Assembly: GCA_005223125.1 (NCBI GenBank) | Contig: NJBH01000010.1 | Coordinates: 50,220 to 114,219 of the forward strand | Reading direction: 5' to 3' | Source: Promethearchaeota archaeon Loki_b32 | GTDB lineage: Archaea; Asgardarchaeota; Lokiarchaeia; Sigyniarchaeales; SOKP01 | DNA length: 64,000 bases | Part shown: in pieces, positions 10,642 through 21,097 of the stretch | How the letters are laid out: every line of letters begins with the position of its first letter | How positions within the stretch are numbered: position 1 is the first letter of the stretch | Position numbers and translations under genes: made by a program | Notes under the pieces: model-generated | Seen by the model: the letters and a program-made list of their open reading frames with translations, nothing else | Database searches by the model: none | What the model was told of the DNA's origin: nothing

Positions 10642-10656
10642 AAAAAATTCTTATTT

Positions 10657-11097
10657 TTATGTAAAGAGCTCAAGAACGGATGAAAAACCGGGAATAAAAT
10701 ATAGAGTTGTGTGAATAAAAACCCCAACAATCATAAATAAAAAGAAATAAATTCCAATCCCGGGTAAGATTATATTTTTCCAATACCATTCTTCTTTATC
10801 ATATTCATATCTAAAAATTATAAAACTAACAACAAAAGGAAATAGAAACCACCACGCTAGCATCCATAAGAATAAAAACCAGCCGATAAATCCAAAGATA
10901 AGTCTTCCTAGCAAAGCACTAAGTGCTCCAGTCAGTGCGCGAATCCAATATAATTTTGTTTCCTTTTCTAAACGAATATCTAATGCTTTTGTTGGTTTTT
11001 TTTCAGTTTTAATTGATTTTTGTTGTAGTTCTTTCCTCTTCTCTTTTAATAGTCGTTGTCTCCTTTTTCTAATATCTACCTTCTTATGCTTTCCCAT
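10657..11097 (-). CDS. EMC6-like three-TM membrane protein
   Basis: Basic N-terminus, LYWIRALTGALSALLG and 3 TMs resemble the EMC6/Rab5ip pattern. Confidence 0.5.
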   Translation of the reverse strand: MGKHKKVDIRKRRQRLLKEKRKELQQKSIKTEKKPTKALDIRLEKETKLYWIRALTGALSALLGRLIFGFIGWFLFLWMLAWWFLFPFVVSFIIFRYEYDKEEWYWKNIILPGIGIYFFLFMIVGVFIHTTLYFIPGFSSVLELFT

Positions 11098-11168
11098 AAT
11101 TATTATTATAAATATTATTTATTATAAAAATCATTATATATCTTGACAAACTAAAAATTAAACGTAAA

Positions 11169-13220
11169 ATGATAAAAGCTGCGAGAGAATTTTCGAATTT
11201 TGATGTATTCGTAATTGTTAAAGAATTAGATTTGATCTTGAGTAATGGTACAATTTTAAACATATATGAGATAGAGGATTTATTGATTGTTAAAATCAAC
11301 ACCACTTCTGGAAAGAAAAATTTAATTGTTAAAAAAGATGCTCGAGTTAATTTAACTGAATATGATTATCCTATTCCTAATTATCCCAGTCAATATATTA
11401 GTTCTTTAAGGAAATTTTTAAAAAATCGACGGATTTTAAAAATTTTCCAACACCAATTTGATAGAATTATCATATTTGAATTAAGTAATAAGGATGGCCA
11501 ACCTTGGAAATTCGTCATAGAATTATTTAATAAAGGGAACTTCTTGTTGTTAGATGAAGAAAATATCATTAAAATAGCCAAAAAGTATAGGAAATTTAGA
11601 GATAGAGAAATTTTGGCTAAAAAAAAGTACTCCTTTCCCAAATCTCAAGGTCAGAATTTTTTAACGATGAATAAAGATGAATTTAAAGATTTATTTAAAA
11701 ACTCTGATGTAGAGATTGTTAGAGATCTTTCTAGAAAAATTCACATTTCTGGTCTTTATAGTGAGGAAATATGTCATAGAGGAAAAATTGATAAAAGTGA
11801 GATTGGGAAAAACCTTACTGATGAGGACTATGAAATTTTATATGATTCTTTCAAACATTTAAGAAATCAATTATTATTTGGCCAAATAAATGCCCAGATT
11901 ATCTTTGATCAACACGGGAAACAAATTTCAGTACTTCCATTTGAAATTGAAATTCTAAAAGAAAATGATAAAAAGCAGTTTACTTCGTTTAATGAAGCTG
12001 TTGATGAATTTTTTTCAAAGATTGATTCTGAGATTTTAAAAAGTCCAGAAGATCAAAAAATTGATGAGAAAATTAAAACTCATGAAAAAATATTAAAAAA
12101 TCAAAATGAATATCTTATAGAGCTTAAGAGTAAAAAGGAAAAATATTATAGAATTGGAGAATTAATTTTTGCGAATTTAGATTCATTAGAAAAATTGAAA
12201 TCTGTAATTCTAGAGGCAAAATCAAAAGGTTATACTTGGGAGGAAATTAACAATAAACTAAAAATAGCAAAACTGGAAAATTTAAATGGAACGGAATTCT
12301 TCGAAAAAGCTATTCCGTCTACTAATCAAATGTTAATCAGGATTAACAATGGTGATGTTTATATTGATTTAAGGAAAAGCATAGGGGAAAATGCAAATAT
12401 TATTTATTCTAAGGGGAAAAAAGCGGAAAAAAAAATTACTGGAACAATTGATGCTATTGCTAAAATCCAAAAAAAACTTAATAAACTAAAACTTGAGAAA
12501 GAATCAAAAGAAAATGAAGTCGACTTTCTCATAAAAAAGCCAAAGAAAAAATGGTATGAGAAATTCAGATGGTTTATTTCTTCCGATCATTATCTGATTA
12601 TCGGAGGAAGAGATGCTACATCTAACGAAATCATTTTTAAAAAATATATTGATCCCCACGATTTAGTTTTTCATACAAATATCCCGGGTTCTCCATTAGC
12701 GGTAATCAAAAATCTTGAAAATAAGAAAATCCCTTTAAGTACTATCCAAGAGACCGCTGATTTTGTCGCAAGTTATTCACGTGCATGGAAAGAGACCTGG
12801 GGGATTGTAGATATCTTTTATATCCTCCCAGATCAAATTTCCAGAAGTCCTCCATCAGGTGAGTTTTTACCAAAGGGATCCTTTATAATTTCTGGTAAAA
12901 AAAATTTTATCAAGAATGCAAAAACAAAGTTAACAATTGGATTAAAAATCATTGAATTAGAAACAGACTCCAATAATAATCGTAGAATTTTTTACCCTAA
13001 AATTATTTCTGGTCCAGAGTTTGCAATAAAAAAGCAAACGGAAAATTTTATTACTATTATTCCATCAAAATCTGGTGGTTTAACAAAAGGAAAATTAGCT
13101 AAAGAGATTAAATCAATATTTATTAGAAATAGTGTTAAAGATTTAAGAATGTGGGTAAAATTGTTATCCATAGATGAAATAATCCTCTATTTACCAAGTG
13201 GAATTTCAAAGATTGAGTGA
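11169..13220 (+). CDS. rqcH: Ribosome quality-control factor Rqc2/NEMF
   Basis: FDRII, IELF.KGN.LL.D, KWYEKFRWF.SS, GGRDA..NE, SRAW, GSF.I.GKKN. Confidence 0.92.
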   Translation: MIKAAREFSNFDVFVIVKELDLILSNGTILNIYEIEDLLIVKINTTSGKKNLIVKKDARVNLTEYDYPIPNYPSQYISSLRKFLKNRRILKIFQHQFDRIIIFELSNKDGQPWKFVIELFNKGNFLLLDEENIIKIAKKYRKFRDREILAKKKYSFPKSQGQNFLTMNKDEFKDLFKNSDVEIVRDLSRKIHISGLYSEEICHRGKIDKSEIGKNLTDEDYEILYDSFKHLRNQLLFGQINAQIIFDQHGKQISVLPFEIEILKENDKKQFTSFNEAVDEFFSKIDSEILKSPEDQKIDEKIKTHEKILKNQNEYLIELKSKKEKYYRIGELIFANLDSLEKLKSVILEAKSKGYTWEEINNKLKIAKLENLNGTEFFEKAIPSTNQMLIRINNGDVYIDLRKSIGENANIIYSKGKKAEKKITGTIDAIAKIQKKLNKLKLEKESKENEVDFLIKKPKKKWYEKFRWFISSDHYLIIGGRDATSNEIIFKKYIDPHDLVFHTNIPGSPLAVIKNLENKKIPLSTIQETADFVASYSRAWKETWGIVDIFYILPDQISRSPPSGEFLPKGSFIISGKKNFIKNAKTKLTIGLKIIELETDSNNNRRIFYPKIISGPEFAIKKQTENFITIIPSKSGGLTKGKLAKEIKSIFIRNSVKDLRMWVKLLSIDEIILYLPSGISKIE

Positions 13221-13225
13221 AAAAA

Positions 13226-13969
13226 TTAAGCTTTATTTAACCAACGTCTAATTTTAACTATATTTCTATAGTCATCAAATAATATACCATCAATTTTCAT
13301 ATTAATCAGAGATTTAATATTAAAAATTGGATTTTTATATGAAATGAAGTCCCAGACTAAACATTTTACATTATTTATATGACATGTTTCGATGAATTCA
13401 ACATTTACTAAATTGGATCTTAAACTTATCATATCTGGTTTGAACTTTAACTTTTTAAGTTTCCCTAATTTCAAAAATTCATTAAATCTAAGTTCTATTC
13501 CTTTTGTAATATTATAACAAATTCTACTGTTAGAGTAAACAGATTTTATATATTCCAAATCTGTTAAGTTCCTCCCACTAAAAATGCAATCTTCTAATAA
13601 ATCATACTTTTTAACCAAATTTGGTACTATATTTCTCAAATTATACTCTTTTAATTCTATCATGAATTTGATTTTACCCTTAAAATCTTTTAAAACTTGG
13701 GACAAAAGAGGGACTTTAAAATTATATTTTATGGTTCCATATTTCATTATTTCATTGTAATTATAATTCTTTATTAATCCAGAACCAGTTGTAGTTCTAT
13801 CTAACGTAGAATCATGGATTATTATTATATTTTCATCTTTAGTTTTTCTGACATCGAATTCAATATAATCTGCTCCAACTTCTATGGCTCTTTTAAATGC
13901 ATTGATAGTATTTTCTTCAGAATTTATCCTAGTCCCTCTATGCCCAATATAATAAAACTTCGAGCTCAT
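13226..13969 (-). CDS. Glycerophosphodiester phosphodiesterase
   Basis: GHRG, ENT, IEFDV..TKD, HD..LDRTT, IELK. Confidence 0.92.
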   Translation of the reverse strand: MSSKFYYIGHRGTRINSEENTINAFKRAIEVGADYIEFDVRKTKDENIIIIHDSTLDRTTTGSGLIKNYNYNEIMKYGTIKYNFKVPLLSQVLKDFKGKIKFMIELKEYNLRNIVPNLVKKYDLLEDCIFSGRNLTDLEYIKSVYSNSRICYNITKGIELRFNEFLKLGKLKKLKFKPDMISLRSNLVNVEFIETCHINNVKCLVWDFISYKNPIFNIKSLINMKIDGILFDDYRNIVKIRRWLNKA

Positions 13970-13995
13970 AATTGGAATTTGGCTAAATTAAATGG

Positions 13996-14433
13996 TTACA
14001 TTTCTTGAATTACAAATAAATATATTAAAATTATTGCCAGCCCGAAAAGAGTAAAAACAAAAACAAATGGATTTAAGATTGCTTGTCCAATAGAAAGCAA
14101 AAAAAGCAGTAGTAAATCTTTCCAATTTAATGGTTTACCAACTAGTTCTTTATAATTACCTATGCTTGTCGTCATGAATAAGAAAAATAGTAAAATTACA
14201 ATTACTTTTATAAGAATATCAAGAAAGGTCCAAACCACATCGATATTCATGAAAATAGTTACAATTTCAATATTAAGGAAAATTGATATAATATAAAAAA
14301 TTCCCCCCAAGATTGCTGAGATTAAAACCGATCTATATGCAAATTCTTCATCTGTTCGATGTTTTTTCTTTAACTTGTGTTCCTTTTCAGGATGTTTAGG
14401 AATTTTTGACATTTTATCTTTTAATTCTTTCAA
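13996..14433 (-). CDS. Membrane protein
   Basis: About four hydrophobic segments. Confidence 0.65.
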   Translation of the reverse strand: MKELKDKMSKIPKHPEKEHKLKKKHRTDEEFAYRSVLISAILGGIFYIISIFLNIEIVTIFMNIDVVWTFLDILIKVIVILLFFLFMTTSIGNYKELVGKPLNWKDLLLLFLLSIGQAILNPFVFVFTLFGLAIILIYLFVIQEM

Positions 14434-15208
14434 TATTATCTTTTAATCTAAAAATTTTATAAATATAATACCCATATAGAATTCCAAGAATACTAAAAAC
14501 TACAATGCATAATATCAAAGGTGTTATATTACCAAGTGGAATTTCTGAAGCGGTGTATGATTTTATGTTAATAAGGATTATTGTACTTTTTTTAATTCCA
14601 CTTGGATAAATTGGCATGTCTCCATAAGTTATATTAAAAGCATAACTGTTACCAAAATCTAAAAGAACATCTTCCTCGTCTCCCACTCCGTCTTTAATTG
14701 GAATAGAGAATTCATAAGTCGAATCTTTTCCTTCTATTGTAGCAGCACCATTTCCATTATAATCGGTATCGTTTAAAAAAACACTATTGTTAATGTTATA
14801 GTCCAGGTAATCAAAATCATTGGTAGATTTGTTTGAAAATTGTATAATTTTCGCATCAAGAAATTCCTCTTGTTCAATTGAAGAACTATTTGAAATTATT
14901 AACCCAAAAAATTCGGTGTGTTCGTGTGCATCAATCTCTAACTCAAATTGTACTGTGATATAGAGATTTGAATCATCCTGCATGACCCATAAACTAATTG
15001 GTAACCCTCCTAAATCAATTGGAACTTTTGTAGCTTTATTCCACTCTTGTGAGGAAAGATCAATAAAACCATCAATTACGGGGGTTTCTCCAAATTCAGA
15101 ATCGATTTCTTCGGTTTCACAATATCCCTTTGATACAAAAAATAAGGAAATAACGGTTATATTAATAATTAAAATACTGATTACGATTCTAAAAGTTGTT
15201 TTCTTCAA
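14414..15208 (-). CDS. Secreted, C-terminally anchored DOMON/CBM9-like protein
   Basis: Signal peptide, PVIDG...EW, D..NLY, YEFSIP, C-terminal TM. Confidence 0.65.
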   Translation of the reverse strand: MKKTTFRIVISILIINITVISLFFVSKGYCETEEIDSEFGETPVIDGFIDLSSQEWNKATKVPIDLGGLPISLWVMQDDSNLYITVQFELEIDAHEHTEFFGLIISNSSSIEQEEFLDAKIIQFSNKSTNDFDYLDYNINNSVFLNDTDYNGNGAATIEGKDSTYEFSIPIKDGVGDEEDVLLDFGNSYAFNITYGDMPIYPSGIKKSTIILINIKSYTASEIPLGNITPLILCIVVFSILGILYGYYIYKIFRLKDNIERIKR

Positions 15209-15400
15209 GATTAAAAAGCCATATATTTTTAAATTGTTCTTATTTCGGTATTATCCAATATTAAAATTGATAATTAAAATTGAATTTAATATTTTTCGTA
15301 TATTCTTTGGGTTTTTCTAAAAAAACAACTTAAATTCAGCTATTACGAGCAAAAAATAATGATACAATTAACTGATTATTTTAAATTAATCGTTTCTAAT

Positions 15401-15853
15401 TTAATGAAGATAATTTGGTAGCATGATAACACAATTGAATTTATTTAAATAAACGATAATATAATTAATCAATCGCTTAGTTTCTCGTTTTGCTTCTTGT
15501 AAGTTCTTGCTTTTATATTCTGCAAATGGTTTAGGCCCAATAGCAACAAGGATCCCTGATAAATCTTTTTCCCTCTTAATAAAAAACCAAAAAGGTTTTT
15601 TTTTTTCATTATCTTTAACTACAATTAGCATCCAAGGATTAAGTGTCCAGTCATCATTATCAGGTCCTATTACTTTTTCTATTGTTTTTTGAGTAAAATA
15701 TTTTTTAGTCATACTAATTGTTTTTGAGAGTGCATTAAAATAACTTCTTTTAATCTTTAAGTATCCTCCAAAATATGACTTAGCATCAAATAATTCAAGT
15801 TCTTTCTCTTCACCATCTGGTAATTTCAAAAAAACTCTCCAAATATTCATCAT
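15401..15853 (-). CDS. Hypothetical protein
   Basis: ORF coupled to upstream gene. Confidence 0.65.
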   Translation of the reverse strand: MMNIWRVFLKLPDGEEKELELFDAKSYFGGYLKIKRSYFNALSKTISMTKKYFTQKTIEKVIGPDNDDWTLNPWMLIVVKDNEKKKPFWFFIKREKDLSGILVAIGPKPFAEYKSKNLQEAKRETKRLINYIIVYLNKFNCVIMLPNYLH

Positions 15854-16299
15854 TAATTTTCTTTGCTTTTTTTAAGTCCAATTTCTTCTATTTTTATTTC
15901 TTTAAATATATTTTTAATCTTTTCTAACGAAGTATTTAGTTCTTTGGCTTTGATTTCACTTAGACTTAAATTTAAATAACATTCATAAAAAAGTTGTTTT
16001 TCAATTAGTAGAACCCCAGAAGTATGAACAATTTGATAATTTTGGAGGATTTTGGATATCTCATCAATAATCTCATTAGAAAAGTTAAAACCTGAAAATG
16101 TTAGCTTTTTTATTTTTTCATTCTTTAGGGGATAAATTGATAATTTTATAGAGTTCTCGATAGTTGATTGCACTATTAAAAGGAATGGATATTCCTCGGG
16201 ATCTTTGATGTTTATTAAAGAAATTTTTAAGGTTGTTTTAGGAAGATCATTAGTACGCTGAACATACGCTTCTGTTAATTTATAGATTCTCATTATCAA
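15853..16299 (-). CDS. Hypothetical protein (possible C-terminal ACT-like fold)
   Basis: IVHTSG...YECYL pattern; co-oriented with RNase P genes. Confidence 0.55.
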   Translation of the reverse strand: MIMRIYKLTEAYVQRTNDLPKTTLKISLINIKDPEEYPFLLIVQSTIENSIKLSIYPLKNEKIKKLTFSGFNFSNEIIDEISKILQNYQIVHTSGVLLIEKQLFYECYLNLSLSEIKAKELNTSLEKIKNIFKEIKIEEIGLKKSKEN

Positions 16300-16337
16300 A
16301 TAAAATACAAATTTTTAATGTTCTTCTTTTTTCCTCA

Positions 16338-16661
16338 TTAATTATCGCTTTTTATTGAACGGATAGTTCCTGAGGTTTTTATAGGGGATAATATCACCTT
16401 AATTCCATCAATTTCTCTTACAAAACTTAAAGCTGAAATAATTGTTTCTTTAGTTTGGTGAGAAAATCGTATAATTCCATATTCTTTATCTATATTGAGT
16501 TCTACTAACCATAATCCAATTTTGTTTGCTTCTTTTAATCCAAAATATCGCCAAATCGAATGCCAAATTGATTTTAAAAGGGAATTTTGTGTGAGATCCA
16601 CATTATTTTCTTTAATTATTTTAAATAAAATATATCTTTGCCTTTCTTTTTTAACTATTAT
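16338..16661 (-). CDS. rnp2: RNase P protein Pop5 (Rpp14/Pop5); proposed ATA start
   Basis: RQRYILF upstream of GTG16601, GIIR..H, TSGTIRS; GGAGGGG SD; ATA overlaps rnp3 TAA. Confidence 0.85.
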   Translation of the reverse strand: MIVKKERQRYILFKIIKENNVDLTQNSLLKSIWHSIWRYFGLKEANKIGLWLVELNIDKEYGIIRFSHQTKETIISALSFVREIDGIKVILSPIKTSGTIRSIKSDN

Positions 16662-17380
16662 GTTTCCCCTCCTTTAATTAGTCTTACCTGTGGTTCAAAA
16701 TCGTTAGTATTTCGTCTATTAACTCTCTCTAATAACGAAATTGGGTTTATTTTAAAAATCTTTTTAGCCCTATCTAAAGGAACTCCTAAAAGTGAATAGC
16801 AAATGCTTATTAATGCTCTTGGATGTCTAAAATCATACATATCATCAAAATTTCCACTAATAATACAATTTACTTTTGATTTTAAAGCTAATTGAATAAA
16901 TCTATATAAGTTTCTTAGATTTTTTGATTGGTTTACTTTATTTTTCACCATAAGCGGAGCAAGAGAAAATTCTAAAAAAGAATTATTCTGTTTAATAAGT
17001 GAAATTACTCCAGGAGTAAGTGTTTTTATTAATTCAGAATTAGAAAAAGAGACGATATCAACTCTTGAATCTCTCGCTGCACGCAATTGAACTTCTTTAT
17101 TTAAAGATTCTATTGAAAGTATATCAGAAAAATTATTGAAGTGTTTAATTCTTCTTTTAAAATCTTCGGAATTATTTAATCTTAAATTTATTCGATATAA
17201 AGTATTTATCTTCGTTTCTAATCTTATTTTAGATTTTAATTCTAAAGGAATTGCTATTATATTGTTTTTAGGTTCTAAAATTACATTTTTAATACCTAAT
17301 TTCTCACAAAACTCTAATTTTTCAAGGATATCATTAAAATTATCGAAATTTGCTAGTAATCTTGATTCAAAATATGACAA
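16658..17380 (-). CDS. rnp3: RNase P protein Rpp30
   Basis: RAARDSRVDI, IISG....YDFRHPRAL, NP; TTG start after GAGGT. Confidence 0.85.
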   Translation of the reverse strand: MSYFESRLLANFDNFNDILEKLEFCEKLGIKNVILEPKNNIIAIPLELKSKIRLETKINTLYRINLRLNNSEDFKRRIKHFNNFSDILSIESLNKEVQLRAARDSRVDIVSFSNSELIKTLTPGVISLIKQNNSFLEFSLAPLMVKNKVNQSKNLRNLYRFIQLALKSKVNCIISGNFDDMYDFRHPRALISICYSLLGVPLDRAKKIFKINPISLLERVNRRNTNDFEPQVRLIKGGET

Positions 17381-17506
17381 ATATAATATTACCTCAAAAG
17401 AACTACTTGACTCTTTATAATTATGTAAAGAAAGGGGAAAATAAATAAATTTTATTATCACTAAATATTTAAAATGTTAGGTTTTCAAATTAAGTGATGA
17501 TTTCTC

Positions 17507-18796
17507 CTGATTAAAAAAAGAAAACTTTCTGAAATTAGAAAAAAGATTGAGAAAGGCTCAGCAGTTGTAATAACTGTCCAAGAATTAATAGATCGTATTA
17601 GTGATGGTGAAAAGGTTAAATTTGAAGATGTTGATATTGTGACCACAGCGACTAAAGCTCTTATGAGTGGAATAATGGGAATCTTTTCTTTTCGTCTTTC
17701 GCCACCTAAAACATTGAGAAAATTTATGGAAGTTCAAATTAATGGAATACCAACTTTTCCAGGACCTTGTCCAAATGAATATTTAGGCATAGTAGATCTT
17801 ATTATTTATGGAACTGCTCAAAGTCAAGCGATTGAGAATTATTGTGGGGGATCTCTTTTTAGGGAGATGGTAGAAGGAAAATTAGTAAATATTTCAGCTA
17901 AGAGTGCTGAGGGTGAAACCATTGAAAAAGAGATGAAATTAGAGGATATGCAATTTGCTAAATTAATGGGTACAAGACAAGCTATTAAAAATTATAACGC
18001 AATGATTAATTGTGAATCATATCAAGTCGATACTATTTTTTCTTGTTTACCTTTTGAACCTAACAAGTCAGAACTCACATTCTCTGGGTGTGGTGCGTTA
18101 AATCCTTTTCAAAATGATCCAGAATTTGAATCTCTTGGCGTTGGGTTACCTATATTAGTTAATGGTAATATTGGTCATCTTATAGGCCCAGGTACTCGAA
18201 ATTACATAGCAAAACCCAATATGATGACAATGGCGCCAATGCGCGGTATGAAACCAGAATATATGGGTGCTTTTAAGACTTCATGTGGATTAGAACCAAT
18301 TTGTAGTATTGCCATTCCTATTCCAATTTTAAATGAAAATATCTTCAATAATATAGTAAAATCTGATAAGGAAGTTCCATTAACAATTTTAAGTCTTGTA
18401 GGAAGAGAAAAAGTCGGTGAAATTACTTATGGTGATGTTTGGGATAATAATTTTCTCATGAAGTTCAATCCTGATGCTTGTGAAAATTGTGAAGAATGTA
18501 AAGCAATTGATAAATGTCCTACAAATGCTTTTATTGTCAAAAATGGTCTGATCACAGCAATAGATCGATCCCGTTGTTTTAATTGTGGAAATTGCACTTA
18601 TTTATGTCCAGAAGCTTTCAATTTAGACTTAAACAAAATTAAATTCGAAGGTTCTGAACTCCCTATTGTTTTAAGGCAATCAGATAGATATGGGGCGATA
18701 AAATTAGCTGAACAATTAAAATCGATGATCCTAAAGGGAGATTTCCCTTTAAGAAAACCAATTAGCAAATTGCAATTTGCTGAGGAAGTAAAATAA
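17507..18796 (+). CDS. COG1900/DUF39 (aspartate-semialdehyde sulfurtransferase / methanogenesis marker 16 family) with ferredoxin domain; proposed CTG start
   Basis: EIRKKIEKGSAVV, DVDIVTTAT.ALMSG, GPCPNE.LG.VD, FSGCG.LNP.QNDP, two CxxCxxC-type..CP motifs, RQSDR. Confidence 0.85.
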   Translation: MIKKRKLSEIRKKIEKGSAVVITVQELIDRISDGEKVKFEDVDIVTTATKALMSGIMGIFSFRLSPPKTLRKFMEVQINGIPTFPGPCPNEYLGIVDLIIYGTAQSQAIENYCGGSLFREMVEGKLVNISAKSAEGETIEKEMKLEDMQFAKLMGTRQAIKNYNAMINCESYQVDTIFSCLPFEPNKSELTFSGCGALNPFQNDPEFESLGVGLPILVNGNIGHLIGPGTRNYIAKPNMMTMAPMRGMKPEYMGAFKTSCGLEPICSIAIPIPILNENIFNNIVKSDKEVPLTILSLVGREKVGEITYGDVWDNNFLMKFNPDACENCEECKAIDKCPTNAFIVKNGLITAIDRSRCFNCGNCTYLCPEAFNLDLNKIKFEGSELPIVLRQSDRYGAIKLAEQLKSMILKGDFPLRKPISKLQFAEEVK

Positions 18797-18813
18797 AATA
18801 CAGAAGAAAAATT

Positions 18814-19257
18814 ATGTCTGATTTGAAATTACCTACGTTTGATCAAATTGGTATCTTAGTGAATAACATTGAGAAAACTGCAGAATTATATACTGGTTTA
18901 ATGAATTTTCAAGGTAAAATTAATATTATTGAACAAACCACTATTGCGAACTATAAAGGAAAAGAAGTATCGTTTAAAATGAAAGAAATAATGCAAAATT
19001 TTGGTGGAAAGCAGTTTGAAATTGTTGAATTATTAGAATCTACAGGTGATCATTTATATTCAGAATTTCTTAAAGAATGTAAAACGGGATTACATCATCT
19101 AGGCGTATATACTAAAAATGCTGAGACATTCATTAATCATTTTAAGAATGAATGCAATATTGACGTAATTCAAACGGGAAAAGTTGGAAGAGTTAAATTT
19201 TACTATTTAGATACTAAAAAAGTTTTAGGCTATTATCTCGAATTGATTGCTCTCTAA
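18814..19257 (+). CDS. VOC/glyoxalase superfamily (methylmalonyl-CoA epimerase-like)
   Basis: DQIGILV, QFEIVE, GLHHLG, YLDT..VLG..LEL. Confidence 0.85.
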   Translation: MSDLKLPTFDQIGILVNNIEKTAELYTGLMNFQGKINIIEQTTIANYKGKEVSFKMKEIMQNFGGKQFEIVELLESTGDHLYSEFLKECKTGLHHLGVYTKNAETFINHFKNECNIDVIQTGKVGRVKFYYLDTKKVLGYYLELIAL

Positions 19258-19323
19258 TTTGTACATCTTTGTTGAATCTCTTTTTATAATAAACTTTATT
19301 TTTTATTTGTAATAAAACTAAAT

Positions 19324-21057
19324 ATGTCAAATCAAGTTTTAAATGGTGGCGATTTGGTTGTTAAATGTCTTTTAAAGGAAGGAGTTACCAAAATCTTTGG
19401 TCTTGTTGGTGGAGAATTACTAAAGATTTATGATGCTATTGAACGCTGGGGTCGTGAAGAGGGAATTGATACTGTAATGGTCCGGCACGAACAAGCAGGA
19501 GCACATATGGCAGACGCATGGGCAAGAGCAACTGGAGAGATAGGTGTTTGTTTAGGGACAGCAGGACCCGGAGTCACTCATTTGATTCCAGCTGTTGCTG
19601 CGGCATATGCTGATTCGATACCAATGTTGGTAATTGGTGCTCAAGTTGGTAGAATGTTTGACAATATTGGAATATTACAAGGAGATTTAGACCAAATGAG
19701 TCTAATGAAACCTATTACAAAATTACAAATTTCAGTAGAAGATCCATATGAAATACCACATGCGGTTCAAAGATGTATAAAAACTGCGATGGCGGGAAGA
19801 AGAGGTCCTGTCTTTCTCGAGTTGAGGGAAACAGCATTAGTTAGAAGAGCTACTGTGAATGATCTTGAAAAAATTCGTGATCCAGAGCATTATCGCCCAT
19901 TATATAGACCTGCTGGAAATAAAGAAGGTATAATTAAGGCAGTTGAGCTTTTAAAGACGGCTGACAAACCTTTAATTGTAGCTGGTGGTGGTATCAATGC
20001 TTCAGAAGCCTTTGATGAGGTAAGCAAGTTATCAGAAACGTACAATATTCCTGTTGGAACAACTATAAGTGGAATAGGAGTAGTTACTACAAATAAAACA
20101 TTTATAGGGGGAAAATTGACAGCAATGGCATATAGAAGAGCTGCTATTGAAGCAAATGTAGTTCTATCTCTTGGTTGTAAATGGGACCATACGATTATCT
20201 ACGGAGCTTCCCCATTTTGGAATCAAGATCAAAAAATTATCCAAGTGGATATAGACCCGACTGAAATTGGTAAAAATAGACCTGTAAACATTGCTATTGT
20301 TGGAGATGCTAAAGCCGTTATTAACCAACTATTAGAAGAAATGGAAAAGAATCTTCCTAAAGAAAAAGTCACTGAATGGTCTCAATGGAATGAATATTTG
20401 CAAGATATTAGGAAAACTGATAAACAACAATTAGAAAAAATGTTAAAATCTAGTAAATTACCTATGAAACCTCACAGGCTTGTATATGAAATCTTAGATT
20501 TCATACCAGATGATACACAATTGGTTATCGATGGGGGAGATATTTTTGTTTTTTCATTGGATTTAATAGGGCTTAAACCACGCCCCCCAAGAAGTTTTTA
20601 TCGCTCTGTTTCAATGGGTCATTTAGGTATTGGGATTCCGTACGCTATTGCCGCACAATTGGCTAACCCAGATAAATTAGTTGTATGTATTACTGGAGAT
20701 GGTAGCTTTATGTTTAACGTACAAGAATTGGAAACAGCGATAAGGTTAAATCTACCTATAATTACTATAATTGGAAATAATTGCGCGTGGGGTATGATAA
20801 AATCAAATCAAAAACTTAATTTGGGTAAAAGATACTGTGATGTAGATTTTCCCCCAATAGATTATGCAGAAATTGCGCGTGGTTTTGGATGTTATGGAGA
20901 GAAGATAAGTAACCCTGAAGATATAAAACCAGCATTGCAACGTGCTATTGATTCAAAAAAACCTGCAGTTATTGATGTAGATATTGCTTTTGAAACGCCC
21001 CCCGCAATGAAATTACTTGGTCTCTTTAAGAAGGAAAAAGGATTATTTGGTAAATAA
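19324..21057 (+). CDS. Thiamine-diphosphate enzyme, acetolactate synthase / 2-hydroxyacyl-CoA lyase family
   Basis: RHEQAG.HMAD, TAGPG, GDGSF...N motif. Confidence 0.9.
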   Translation: MSNQVLNGGDLVVKCLLKEGVTKIFGLVGGELLKIYDAIERWGREEGIDTVMVRHEQAGAHMADAWARATGEIGVCLGTAGPGVTHLIPAVAAAYADSIPMLVIGAQVGRMFDNIGILQGDLDQMSLMKPITKLQISVEDPYEIPHAVQRCIKTAMAGRRGPVFLELRETALVRRATVNDLEKIRDPEHYRPLYRPAGNKEGIIKAVELLKTADKPLIVAGGGINASEAFDEVSKLSETYNIPVGTTISGIGVVTTNKTFIGGKLTAMAYRRAAIEANVVLSLGCKWDHTIIYGASPFWNQDQKIIQVDIDPTEIGKNRPVNIAIVGDAKAVINQLLEEMEKNLPKEKVTEWSQWNEYLQDIRKTDKQQLEKMLKSSKLPMKPHRLVYEILDFIPDDTQLVIDGGDIFVFSLDLIGLKPRPPRSFYRSVSMGHLGIGIPYAIAAQLANPDKLVVCITGDGSFMFNVQELETAIRLNLPIITIIGNNCAWGMIKSNQKLNLGKRYCDVDFPPIDYAEIARGFGCYGEKISNPEDIKPALQRAIDSKKPAVIDVDIAFETPPAMKLLGLFKKEKGLFGK

Positions 21058-21097
21058 TTTATACTTTATTTTAATATTTTTAAAGAATGATAGTATT

